DNA of 64,000 nucleotides. Source: Octopus sinensis (taxonomy: Eukaryota). Positions 52,151 through 64,000 of this stretch are shown here, piece after piece. The notes below the pieces were generated by a model. It saw nothing but the letters and a program-made list of their open reading frames with translations, did not search any database and was not told where the DNA came from. The DNA lies in the NCBI RefSeq assembly GCF_006345805.1, contig NC_043002.1, positions 96,720,001 to 96,784,000 on the forward strand, in the 5' to 3' direction. The first letter of the stretch is position 1; every line of letters starts with the position of its first letter. A program made the position numbers and the translations under genes.

Positions 52151-52515
52151 GTCTTCACAGTTCAACCGGAAACAAGTTTCTTACCACACAACAACACTTG
52201 CGCCTATATATATATATATATATATATATACTGATCGAAGTGCACGGAATTATATATTCGTATATCCGTTCCAATCTGGGAGATGAGCAAAGCGTAACAT
52301 AATTCAGTTGTCCCCTAACATCCGGTTTAACAAATAGTTCGAAGCCGATTGGTAAGGTCGGCTGTAAAGGATACATAATGATGTACACATCAATTAATAT
52401 ATCCGCTACTGACAGATATTTGAGTGCATTCTTTTTCTCAGTGGTGGATAATTAAACGGGTATATACGCATACATACATACACACATATTGGTATACGAA
52501 TGCTAGTAATATCTG

Positions 52516-52546
<31 letters not shown>

Positions 52547-52666
52547 TATATATATATATATATACATATATATATTTATATATATACATACATACATACA
52601 TACATGCATATATATATGTATATATATATATACGTATAGATGTATGTACATATACGTATGTATATA

Positions 52667-52745
<79 letters not shown>

Positions 52746-53208
52746 AATAGCAAGAAAGAGTAAGTCAAAAGTCAATATTTGTAGCATGGATATAACACTG
52801 ATTTCCATACCTCATTATACTTTATTCATATTCATTCTGTTTATAGTATACAGATTAAAGAGATTAAAGAATTCTAAACATGAAATTTTTGTTTAGCATT
52901 CAACTCGATCCTCATAGACCGCGTAGTCTCCCTTCGCAAAATTATGATCTACTCTGCAAACTGTAACAGAAAATATTGTTTGTTAATAGAAAATTGCGTC
53001 GAATTTTTGTTTGAATTTGCTAGAAAAAATACTAACTCCTATAAATTTCTTAGAATTTTCTGAACATTAGTAGTATGCCTGGAATAAAATATATAGTTGA
53101 AATACAGAAAGCAATATTATCATTAAAATTCGACAATGTATTTACAAAAGATGCTACTCGTTCCTGCATGCGTACATCCAGTCATACACACATACACTCA
53201 TAAATACA

Positions 53209-53242
<34 letters not shown>

Positions 53243-53677
53243 CACATACACACACGCACATACGCACATACATTCATACATTGATGTACATATATGTATT
53301 ATAAATATATATATAATAAAATCAACAATACATAAATATATGCATATATACATATATATATGTATATACCCACATATATATATATATGTATATATACATG
53401 CATATATGGGCACAGGACATCAAAAACACCTTTAACACAATGAGAAACGAAACAAAAACACACGCATAGAAAACGCCTTTTTTTTCGAACAACGAAAAAA
53501 AACAACAAATAAACGAGAAATGCAACGTAAAGAATATTCCCCTTCATCATTTGTCCCTGTTTCATCTACACGGCGTTATGAAGGCAAAGACAATACGCGA
53601 CTTCGTTGAAATAGTCCTTCCCGCAATGCAAATTAAATCATATTATATTATATTATATTATATTATATTATATATAT

Positions 53678-53732
<55 letters not shown>

Positions 53733-53975
53733 GTATATATATATATATATATGTATATGTATGTATGTATATGTATAAGTATATATGTATGTATGTATAT
53801 GTATATGTATATGTTCATGCATGTATATGTATAATACTTACATGAATAGATAAAAACGCAGATAAACACGCATGGGCTACATGAAATAACATACGAACAT
53901 ATACATGTAAATGTATAGAGAAAAGCAAAAACTGAAATTATTCGGAAGATGAACACTCAAGTATAAACATACAAG

Positions 53976-54122
53976 TGGAGGCGTAATGGCCCAGTGGTTA
54001 GGGCAGCGGACTCGCTTTAAAACTGTGGAGTGCTCGGCCACTTACACATTAATTTCACGGGCAGGCCGTTCCTTTGATCGGATCAACTGGAATCCTCGTC
54101 GTCGTAACCAACGGAGTGCCAC
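53976..54122 (+). mobile_element. Family-3 SINE, internally deleted
   Basis: GGAGGCGTAATGGCCCAGTGGTTAGGGCAGCGGACTCG tRNA-like head. The body matches 28478-28710. Confidence 0.7.
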
Positions 54123-54890
54123 CATAAGCATACAGATATATACAAAGTTTGGTAAAGAGAAATTCAGTACGTTGTACTTGAAATATTTCTAGCATACTGA
54201 TGTGAACTGCTGATTGCCGATCTTTCCTCCTTGACGAAGGTGGCCGGCATTAGGGTAATGTTTATATCCATCCGCTAATGCTTTCATAACCTTGAATTTT
54301 TGCACAATCCATCTGCCAAGTTTGAATATTACAACTATTACGTAAATCTGATACCCTCAAAACATATGTCGGACTTAAAATACCATGACTTCTCCCCTTA
54401 TCTTTCTGTAATTTGTATTCTATGCAAATTTATTAATGTTGTGAATATATAATTATCTATATACGGATACGTGAGTATTCATCATCTGAATATTTTGAAT
54501 TTTTGGCTCACATAAACATACTTTGACATCAACAAAAGATGAAGAATAGAGAAACGCCGAAGCAAATATATCCAAAACCATTTCATTTGTAATAAACGTT
54601 TATTTTACACACGACACTCTAAACTATATTGGGTACCTTAACATTTAAATCTTGCACACACACACACACACATTTACATAAAAGCTACACTAAATTCCAT
54701 GCTTAAATAGAACAATAATCGTAAGTAAAGTGTATGATCATAGTACTTTCCGGGGGCTGAAACTTATAGTAGCTCATATGTAATTTCTGCCTTTATTTAA
54801 AAGATATTTATGTGCCACTGTATGGCCTATATTTTAACACTCCTTCTCTTCCTCCTCCTCCTCCTCCTACTACTACTACTACTACTACTG

Positions 54891-54928
<38 letters not shown>

Positions 54929-55372
54929 CGATACACACAGATAGAGAAATTAAGGCCAACAGGCCAGATATAGTTGTCAGAGATCATGAAGAAAAAAAGT
55001 GATTTCTAATTGATGTATCAATACCAGAAGATGACAACGTGTCTCTAAAAGAAATGGAGAAACTCAAAATACAAAGACCTGGAAATAGAGATAAGCAGAA
55101 TGTGGAATCTGAAAACAGAAACAATTCCTATCATAGTAGGTGCATTAGGCATGATAAAAAATATTCAAACAAATACATAACAAAAACACCAGGACTTACA
55201 AACACATATTGCATACAGAAAATAGCACTACTAGACACTGCATACATCCTACGCAGAACACTTTCCATACAATAACCATCAGAGCATCACAACAAATCAC
55301 AGCACATACCCAAGGCACACAGAGCTGCGCTCGGTAGTGAAGTGAAAGCACGCTATAAAAATAAAACTACTG
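54929..55372 (+). mobile_element. 5'-truncated subfamily-B R4/Dong copy within (TAA)n
   Basis: Highly similar to 46330-46774, with TAA tracts on both sides. Confidence 0.93.
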
Positions 55373-55391
55373 AATAATAATAATAATAATA

Positions 55392-55422
<31 letters not shown>

Positions 55423-55864
55423 CGATACACACAGATAGAAATTAAGGCCAACAGGCTAGATATAGTTGTCAGAGATCATGAAGAAAAAAAGTGATTTCTA
55501 ATTGATGTATCAATACCAGAAGATGACAACGTGTCTCTAAAAGAAATGGAGAAACTCAAAATACAAAGACCTGGAAATAGAGATAAGCAGAATGTGGAAT
55601 CTGAAAACAGAAACAATTCCTATCATAGTAGGTGCATTAGGCATGATAAAAAATATTCAAACAAATACATAACAAAAACACCAGGACTTACAAACACATA
55701 TTGCATACAGAAAATAGCACTACTAGACACTGCATACATCCTACGCAGAACACTTTCCATACAATAACCATCAGAGCATCACAACAAATCACAGCACATA
55801 CCCAAGGCACACAGAGCTGCGCTCGGTAGTGAAGTGAAAGCACGCTATAAAAATAAAACTACTG
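55423..55864 (+). mobile_element. Second tandem 5'-truncated subfamily-B copy
   Basis: Same truncation point as the copy at 54929 and nearly identical sequence. Confidence 0.93.
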
Positions 55865-56448
55865 AATAATAATAATAATAATAATAATAAGAAGAAGAAG
55901 AAGAAGAATAACGGGCTGAATAACAACATGGATGTTCCCTGGGAGCCTCTCTCCAAAAAACGAATTTAATCCAACAACATCGTTGCAATGGAAGAAAGGT
56001 TCCACAAAATATCTTTTCCAAACTTTCTTTTAAGGCAAAGTAACTAAAAAGTCCGAACTATTATTGCCATATATAGTATGGTTTTCTTTCTTTTATGCAT
56101 AATAATTCCATGTGACGTGCATAAGAAATAGAAGCGAACATCAGAGCTCTTGAAAGACAGTAAGTACATAAATTGATTAATTAATTAATTAATTAAATAA
56201 GTATACATGCAACTGTTTATGCATACACGTAGACATTTTAATTGTAAAGTATACATGCAACTGTTTGTGCATACATGTACACATTTTAATTATAAAGCAT
56301 AAATAATGCTTACACGCGCTCACACGTACACACAGAAAGAAAAACCACGTTACGCGAACAAAAACAAAACAAAAACAAAGCGATTTTTCACGAACAAACG
56401 CAAAAAAGAGCAAATTGGTCACTGAATTTAGAAAGTCACTGAACAGTT

Positions 56449-59400
56449 ATGCCCGGAAACATGACTACCAAAATAAATAGAGGCGAATTTCGATCTGTAA
56501 GTCTTATGCGAGTTCGATATGAACAATATATTAATTCGGAGAATTCAGAAGCGGTGTCTTGTCAAAAAATTGACCCTGTACAAACACTCCCTTCTTCTAA
56601 CGACACCGTCACAGAGGCGGCGTCTTGTCAAAAAGTTGACTCTGAAAAAATGGACCCCTCTGATGTCGCCGTCAATCATTTAATGAAAACAAGCCAAAAA
56701 TCATGCCGGATCGGTCATCGCCCGGGACAACAAGGACCGCGTTACCCAGTAGGGAACCAGACTGGGGTCGAAAAGTTTGCTGCTGGAACAAACTCTCAAA
56801 AAGACGATCTACCAGGTGACCAGAACCAGAATACTTCTAACTCTGGACTTGTAGTGACACCACCAAAAACACCACCTAAAGCAAAACGTATAAAATGGAC
56901 CAGAGAGGACTATAGAGATGTGTTGAAAGCTTTTTATACAGCCCAACTAAACCCAAATAATAACCTCAGTGTACAAACATACATCTCATGGAGAAATTCA
57001 GTAGGCAATGACGTACGTAGATATATAGACGCAAATAAATTAAGTAATGTAGGCAGAGATATAATTAAAAACAAAAGACTAACTGACGCTGAAATTGACA
57101 AAATTAGGACACTGATAGCTCATGTTAGACCAAAAGAAAACAGCAACAATGTAGACGAAATAGGTAACAGTAGCACAGAAGCTAGTGTACAAGCGGCAAA
57201 TCAACTTCCCAATGGGGAAGTTAAACAAAGAATAGCGAAGACGAGAGATTTGAAAAAAGAGGAGAACGTAGACCTTTCTCAAGAAAACCAAAATAGATAT
57301 GACATAGAATTTGAGGTGAATAATAGAGAAAAGATTATGGAAGCAAAAGTGGACATTATGAGAGAACTCGGCAAGATTGAGCTCACTGACATGGTTAATA
57401 GAGAACCACTACCAAAGTTTTCAAATGGCACAAGAAATAACAACACAATCATGACATATAACGTTGCCCTAGGACAGATCTTAAGAAATAAGGGGAATGA
57501 TTTGACAACCTTAAATAATCTCATTTATTCCACTGCTAAAGTAGTAACTACCCAACTAGGTATTAAGATGACAAAGAAAAAGGCCAGGCATGTCAATGAA
57601 CCTCCTAAGTGGAAAGTAGCGATACAAAAAGAGATTGAATCTCTGCGGGCGGATGTTTCAGTTCTCGATGAGCTTGCTAGAGGAGTGAATATTAAGCCGA
57701 GAAAAGCTAGAAAAATCAAGCAAAAATATAAAATCAAAGATCTCATAAACCTCCCTGCAACTAAGGAACTGTTGAAACAACGGATACAGTTGAAAGCTCA
57801 ACGGCTTAGAAGGTATGACAAAAGAAACAAATTTTATCGACAAAATAAATTTTTTAAGACAGATGCAAAGAAATTTTATAGGGAAATTGGCAAAAATAAA
57901 ATACACATAGAAGATCCACCTAAGATTGAGGAAGTGGAGGAGTTCTGGAAGAAGGTATGGAGCAACGAAAAAGAGTTTAATGCTGAGGCTGACTGGATAG
58001 AACGTGAGAAAGAGAGACTGGATGGACTTGAAGAACAGAAATGGGAAGCAATAGGAATAGAGGAGCTAAGGTGTGTCCTTAGGAAGGCTCATAAATGGAA
58101 AACCCCAGGACTGGATCGGATCCCTAACTTCTGGCTGAATTGTTTGACAGAGGTACACGAACATCTCGCTGCATCTCTGTCTGATGTCATTCAGAACCCA
58201 GAGCAAATACCTGCTTGGCTGACTGAAGGAACCACCTACCTATTTACCTAAAACCGAAGACACAAAAAACCCAAAGAATTACCGGCCAATAACATGTCTC
58301 AACACCACCTACAAAATCCTCACATCCATAATAACGGAGAGAATGTACGCTTTCCTTGAACAAAATTCTATCCTTCCACAAGCTCAAAAAGGTTGTAAAA
58401 GAAACTCTTATGGGTGCAAAGACCAATTGCTCATAAACAGAATGATTGTAGAGAATTGCCGGAGCAAAAACAAAAACCTGAGTATGGCATGGATAGACTA
58501 CAGGAAAGCGTATGACAGTGTCCCACATAAATGGATACTCAAGGCCCTTGAGATATACAAGATCTCTCCTGTCGTCTCAAAATTCTTAGAGAATAGCATG
58601 ACCATGTGGAACACACGTCTCTTTCTAAGCCATAGTAATGGGATGAGCCAGTCCAACAGCATCAACATCAAACGAGGCATCTTTCAAGGTGACTCCCTCT
58701 CTCCATTACTTTTTTGCATGGCACTGATCCCACTCTCAAACGAATTGGATAGTACCAGATATGGGTACAAAGTTTTTAGTAAATTAATAAACCATCTTTT
58801 CTATATGGACGACCTAAAGCTGTTTGCCAGGAATGACCAAGAGCTAGAAGGGCTGCTAACAACTGTTAAAGAGTTTAGCAATGATATCGGAATGGATTTT
58901 GGCCTTGATAAGTGTGCTAAAGCAACTTTTGTAAGAGGCAAGCTCAGGCAAACAGCTTCTGTTAAATTAGATATTGACACTACCATCAAGGAACTTGACC
59001 CACAGGAAAGTTACAAATACCTAGGAATCAACGAAGGAGATGGTATACATCATGCTACTATGAAGGAAAAAATAAGAAAGGAATACTATAGGAGAATAAG
59101 GCTTGTACTGAAGACTGAACTCAACTCCAAAAGTTGCATTGAGGCCATTAACACCCTGGCACTTCCAGTAGTCCAGTACAGTTTTAATATCATTAACTGG
59201 AACCTTACGGAACTCCAACGCTTAGACAGGAAGACAAGAAAGTTACTGACATCCAAGAGCATGCACCACCCTAAGGCAGATGTAGACCGCTTGTACCTAC
59301 CTAGAAGCAGCGGGGGGAGGGGAATGATGCAATTAGAGCTGTGCTATAAGACCTCTACTGTAGAAATGAACAGGTACCTATCTAGTACAAAGGACTGGAT

Positions 59401-60355
59401 GCTGCGACTTGTGTGCGAACACGAAAGCAACAAAAAGCTGCATTCTATTGTCAAGGAAGCTTATAAGTTCGAAAGGGAACTAGACATTAACCTTGAATCA
59501 GATGAAGAGCTGGAAACCACTGCTACCAAGCAAGCAAAGCGAATCAAGCAGACTGCAAAAAAGAACGGGCAGAATCAAATTGAGAGGCGGTGGAGCCAGA
59601 AGCCCCTGCATGGACAATATATTCTCCGAAGCCAAAATGCTGATGTAGACCAAGCAACAACCCATCAGTGGCTGAAGAGCTCTGGATTGAAAGCAGAGAC
59701 TGAAGGTTTCATAATGGCAGCACAAGATCAAAGCTTGTTTACCAGAAATTACCAGGCTAACGTTCTCCGAAACGGTACTGACCCTAAATGCAGATTCTGC
59801 GACACATTTGACGAAACGATAGACCATCTCGTTTCGGGATGTCCTGTGCTGACACCAAACGAATACAAAAATCGCCACGATAGGGTAGGACAGTATATAC
59901 ATTGGAAGATATGTAAACACTACAAATCCGACACTCCTGCTAACTGGTATGAACACCATCCTCAGCCAGTTGTTGAAGGTAAAGATGTCACCATCCTCTG
60001 GGATTTTCCAGTCAACACTGACAGAACGATCAAGGCTAATCGACCAGACATAATTGTTAAAGACAGGGAAGAAAATACCTGCAGACTAATAGAAGTAAGC
60101 GTCCCCACTGATAAAAATGTATCTGTCAAGGAATTTGACAAACTTAGTAAATATAAGGACCTGGAAATCGAAATACAGAGGATGTGGAATCTTAAAACAA
60201 AAACTGTTCCTGTTATTGTAGGTGCCCTAGGTATGATAAAAAAGGGATGTCAGAAACACCTAGACAATATCCCTGGAAAACCATGTCTCAAGGAAATCCA
60301 AAAGATTGTGCTAACAAGTACTGCCCACATCCTTAGAAAAACCCTATCAATGTAA
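56449..60355 (+). CDS. R4/Dong-like RLE retrotransposon ORF, subfamily A (~1301 aa if one extra base at ~58243-58245 is removed)
   Basis: N-terminal KWTREDY/DANKLSN region, RT (NYRPITCL, DYRKAYDS, FQGDSLSP, YMDD), CRFCDTFDETIDHLVSGC knuckle, RPDIIVKD...IEV RLE domain. Confidence 0.93.
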
Positions 60356-60535
60356 ATGTCTGTGTTTGCATTACATGGAGATATATCTCTACTTCCCCTC
60401 CCCAAGCTTTCAGCTATATTTCAACAACTCTTAACCTTCACTTGCCCTAGGGCGCTGGGTGTGCCCCGGCAGGTGATTGCATCAAACATGCAGATTAAAA
60501 GTAAATGACAATAATAATAATAATAATAATAATAC
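60356..60535 (+). other. 3' UTR and (AAT)n tail of the subfamily-A element
   Basis: ~150-nt UTR after the stop, then AAT repeats from 60510. Confidence 0.85.
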
Positions 60536-60898
60536 TACTACAAACATCATCACAATAACCACCAACACGGCCTCCATCACCAACACCACCATCACCATCA
60601 CCGCCACTGTTGATAACATATATGTTTTAAACAGTCATTGGATAGATAAAAAAATAAGGCGAAAGAAGAGGGAATAAAATATTCGAAGCAACATACTTTG
60701 ATCATACTGGAGTTTTCCTCCCTCGTCTCCTGCAATTCTGCAGTAAAGCTTTAAACAACGGTAGTTATAGGAACCAAACGCAAATTCACTTCTGCTCAAA
60801 CATTGTCCATCAGTGTCTTTGCAAACTGAAGATAATATAATTTGATATATATATATATATATATATATTGGAAGGTTTGGAGATGATGTACAGGTATT

Positions 60899-61162
60899 AT
60901 ATATTAGAGGAAATGAGGTAATCAGAAGATCGGATGGTTCATTTTCCTCCCCACCACTACGAAACTCTATAAAATTATTAAAATTCCCCACAAAGGAATT
61001 ATTTTGATTTGAAAACCCCACTAGAATGGGAGAAAGCGCTAATGATCTGAATGATATGATCTGAATGATATGATATATATATGTAAAAAATGTAATATAT
61101 AAATAAATATCTGTAAATATGAACCATCCGATCTTCTGATTACCTCATTTCTTCTAATATAT
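60899..61162. repeat. Inverted repeat, 44-bp arms, ~175-bp spacer
   Basis: ATATATTAGAGGAAATGAGGTAATCAGAAGATCGGATGGTTCAT and its reverse complement (1 mismatch). Confidence 0.85.
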
Positions 61163-61989
61163 ATATATATATATACATTTGTGCTTGTGTGTGTGTATCA
61201 TAGGTACGGGTAAAAGGCTTGCTCCCCAGCCATGTGGTTCTGGGTTCATTCCCACTGCGTGGCACCTTAGGTGTCTTCTACTATAGCGCTCGGGCCGACC
61301 AAAGGCTTGTGAGTGGATTTGGTAGATGGAAGCTGAAAGAATCTTCTCGTATATATACGTATTTATAAATCTGTGCGTGTGTGAGTGTTTGTTCTTCCAT
61401 CCCCAACCGGTGTTTGTGTGTTTATAACCGATATTGGTGTTAGCAACAAGTGTTAGTGTACTACGCTCAAAATAAAAAAAATATTGACTACAGTTGATTC
61501 ATTCGACTAAAAATTCAAGACCCTGCTCTAGCATGGCCGCTGTCTAATGACTGAAACACGTAAATGATGAAACTTAAATGAATGAGAAAAGAACATGGAA
61601 TCAGATAGTGGCCTTCACTAGCTTTCAGCTGTTACTGCAATGGCACGTTGTGGCTTCACATTTCAGTGCTTGTGTGTCACAATATAACTTCAACAATGAA
61701 CAGCGATTTTATTTGGGAAGGCAAGACTTCTGTGAATATATAAACGCTTAAACAAATGAAAGTGCACCTCATTTTGAAGCCGAGATGAAGCTATAGAATG
61801 ATACACAAACACTTCATTATGAGTGAATTATATTTTATATGAGAAATAATTGCAAAATAATGACGGTCATTATATTGATTTCATGATCCCTTGTCACTTA
61901 TTTAAGTTTTCATTACATGCTCTGACTAACAGTTTTTCTGAAGCTTATCTATAATGAATTCTTACGCCAGATTATTAGTATCCCTATGC

Positions 61990-62037
<48 letters not shown>

Positions 62038-62129
62038 ATATTATATGGTGTGTGTGTGTGTATATATATGTATGTATGTATAATATATATATATATATAT
62101 GTATACACATACATATATATAATATATAT

Positions 62130-62241
<112 letters not shown>

Positions 62242-62445
62242 TATTACTCTTACGCAAGAACATAATTAACAGTAATTCGTAATTCGATGTTTCAGCCAGT
62301 TCAGACATCGTCTGCATTTTCTATTATACTTATTATACTCACACATACCTGAAACGTACGTTGTAAACGATTTCGGGATCTTACTATTTGCTTTGATTTC
62401 ATCATTATTACACACATAGACACACAGACACAGAAACATGCACAC

Positions 62446-62850
62446 ACAGGAGTGGCTGTGTGGTAAGTAGCTTGCTTACCAACCACATGGTTCCGGGTTC
62501 AGTCCCACTGCGTGGAATCTTGGGCAAGTGTCTTCAGCTATAGCCCCGGGCCGACCAATGCCTTGTGAGTGGATTTGGTAGACGGAAACTGAAAGAAGCC
62601 TGTCGTATATATATATATATATATGTATGTATGTGTGTGTATATGTTTGTGTGTCTGTGTTTGTCACCCTAGCATTGCTTGACAACTGATGCTGGTGTGT
62701 TTATGTCCTCGTCACTTAGCGGTTCAGCAAAAAGAGACCGATAGAATAAGCACTGGGCTTACAAAGAATAAGTCCCGGGATCGAGTTGCTCGACTAAAGG
62801 CGGTGCTCCAGCATGGCCGCAGTCAAATGACTGAAACAAGTAAAAAAAAT
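62446..62850 (+). mobile_element. Family-2 SINE, full length
   Basis: Matches the reverse complement of 31172-31579. Confidence 0.9.
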
Positions 62851-62927
62851 ATATATATATTGGTAAAAATGGTAAGATAACAAAAGAAAGAAAGAGACCT
62901 GAATATTATGTAAATAGAGGAAATTTA

Positions 62928-62962
<35 letters not shown>

Positions 62963-63097
62963 TGCGATCTTCTCGCGGTCTACCTGATAGACTCACAAGG
63001 CTTCAGTCGTCTCGAAGCTGTGGCTGGACTGGATTTGGTTCCGAAGCAAACTTTTTACCATACCTCAGTGCCTACGCCTACAGAGTCATATATATGC

Positions 63098-63173
<76 letters not shown>

Positions 63174-63519
63174 GAAAAACAAACCCTTGTACATAAACGC
63201 ACACAGTCATGCGCACAGACACAAATATGCATACATATACGATAATTTCACATAATGACGCTAATAACTATTTGCTACAAGAATTAAACGTATTTATGCG
63301 TTGGAATAAATCGGCAAGTCAGTACATGTTTACTGTAATAAACATTCATTTAATTTCAAATAGGTCACAAGAAGCTATATATTGTCGCTCCAGCACTCAG
63401 ATCTGCGTGCATATTTTTTACATTAGAAACAACGGTAAGCTAATGAAAATCATTTCGCCACTATTCTATTTATACCTTCAATAAATTGAGTTTCATACAT
63501 TTCTATATACATACGTACA

Positions 63520-63585
<66 letters not shown>

Positions 63586-63805
63586 TATGTATACATAATA
63601 CATATATGTGTATATAGGAGAGTTTACGAAAAAAACAAAAGACGAAGTCAGGCGGTGTACAAAACAAACAGATATATTAGTATAACGCTCAGGAATAGAA
63701 AAAGGCTCTTACGTTCGAGCCTACGCTCTTCTACAAAAAGGGACACAGAAGAAACAAGAAGCGAAAAAATGTGTTTAGTGGCTAACGATCTATCATGGCG
63801 ACTTG

Positions 63806-63851
<46 letters not shown>

Positions 63852-64000
63852 CTTAAATATGTAAGGTATTCAGGCATAGGAACATAACCAATAGCTAACT
63901 CATCAGATATGAAAAATGTGAAGAAAGTATATCTATTAATTACTGCTTTTTACTTACAACTTCTCATTGTTTTCATGTCATCGTTGAGACATGATATTTC

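Noticed and set aside
54500-54600. Minus-strand hydrophobic segment ending in |GTATGT as a possible signal-peptide exon
   Set aside because: No AG acceptor, no similarity to the paralog exons, no partner exons.
55910-56000. HDV-like ribozyme at the 5' end of the subfamily-A element
   Set aside because: GATGTT/AACATC and GGAG/CTCC pairings do not fit the required topology.
58230-58260. Programmed ribosomal frameshift between the two long ORFs
   Set aside because: No X XXY YYZ slippery site is seen, and R4/Dong elements normally have one ORF. A 1-bp insertion or sequencing error is simpler.
63370-63440. Fourth promoter/exon-1 module (TATATA...ACG|GTAAGC)
   Set aside because: No sequence similarity to the three paralogous modules, and such motifs occur by chance in AT-rich DNA.

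Overview
AT-rich, microsatellite-dense eukaryotic DNA. The SINE families, R4/Dong-like LINEs and Penelope-type repeats suggest a coleoid cephalopod, probably Octopus; this is inferred from repeat content. Nearly all ORFs in the supplied track are microsatellite read-throughs or transposon remnants. Reading the DNA directly shows five things the track misses. (1) A cluster of three paralogous TATA/Inr promoters with ~40-nt non-coding first exons. One drives a predicted 5-exon gene (17052-41458) for a small secreted, cysteine-rich, cationic protein of ~128 aa. A second copy has lost its core exons and a third runs off the left edge. (2) A full-length 5S rRNA copy and two tandem full-length U6 snRNA copies, each joined at its 3' end to the 5' end of the same tRNA-type SINE, i.e. 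Pol III RNA-SINE chimeras. The U6 copies carry an altered ACAGAGA box. (3) Three inverted duplications carrying type I hammerhead ribozyme motifs, one a perfect 158-bp palindrome. (4) Many R4/Dong-like RLE retrotransposon copies ending in (TAA)n, including a near-intact ~1300-codon element broken by one extra base. (5) An ORF1-only Tx1/L1-like element. The rest is mariner/Tc1, MULE, Gypsy, CR1, Penelope and Helitron fragments and MITEs. All homology calls are by eye and need database confirmation.
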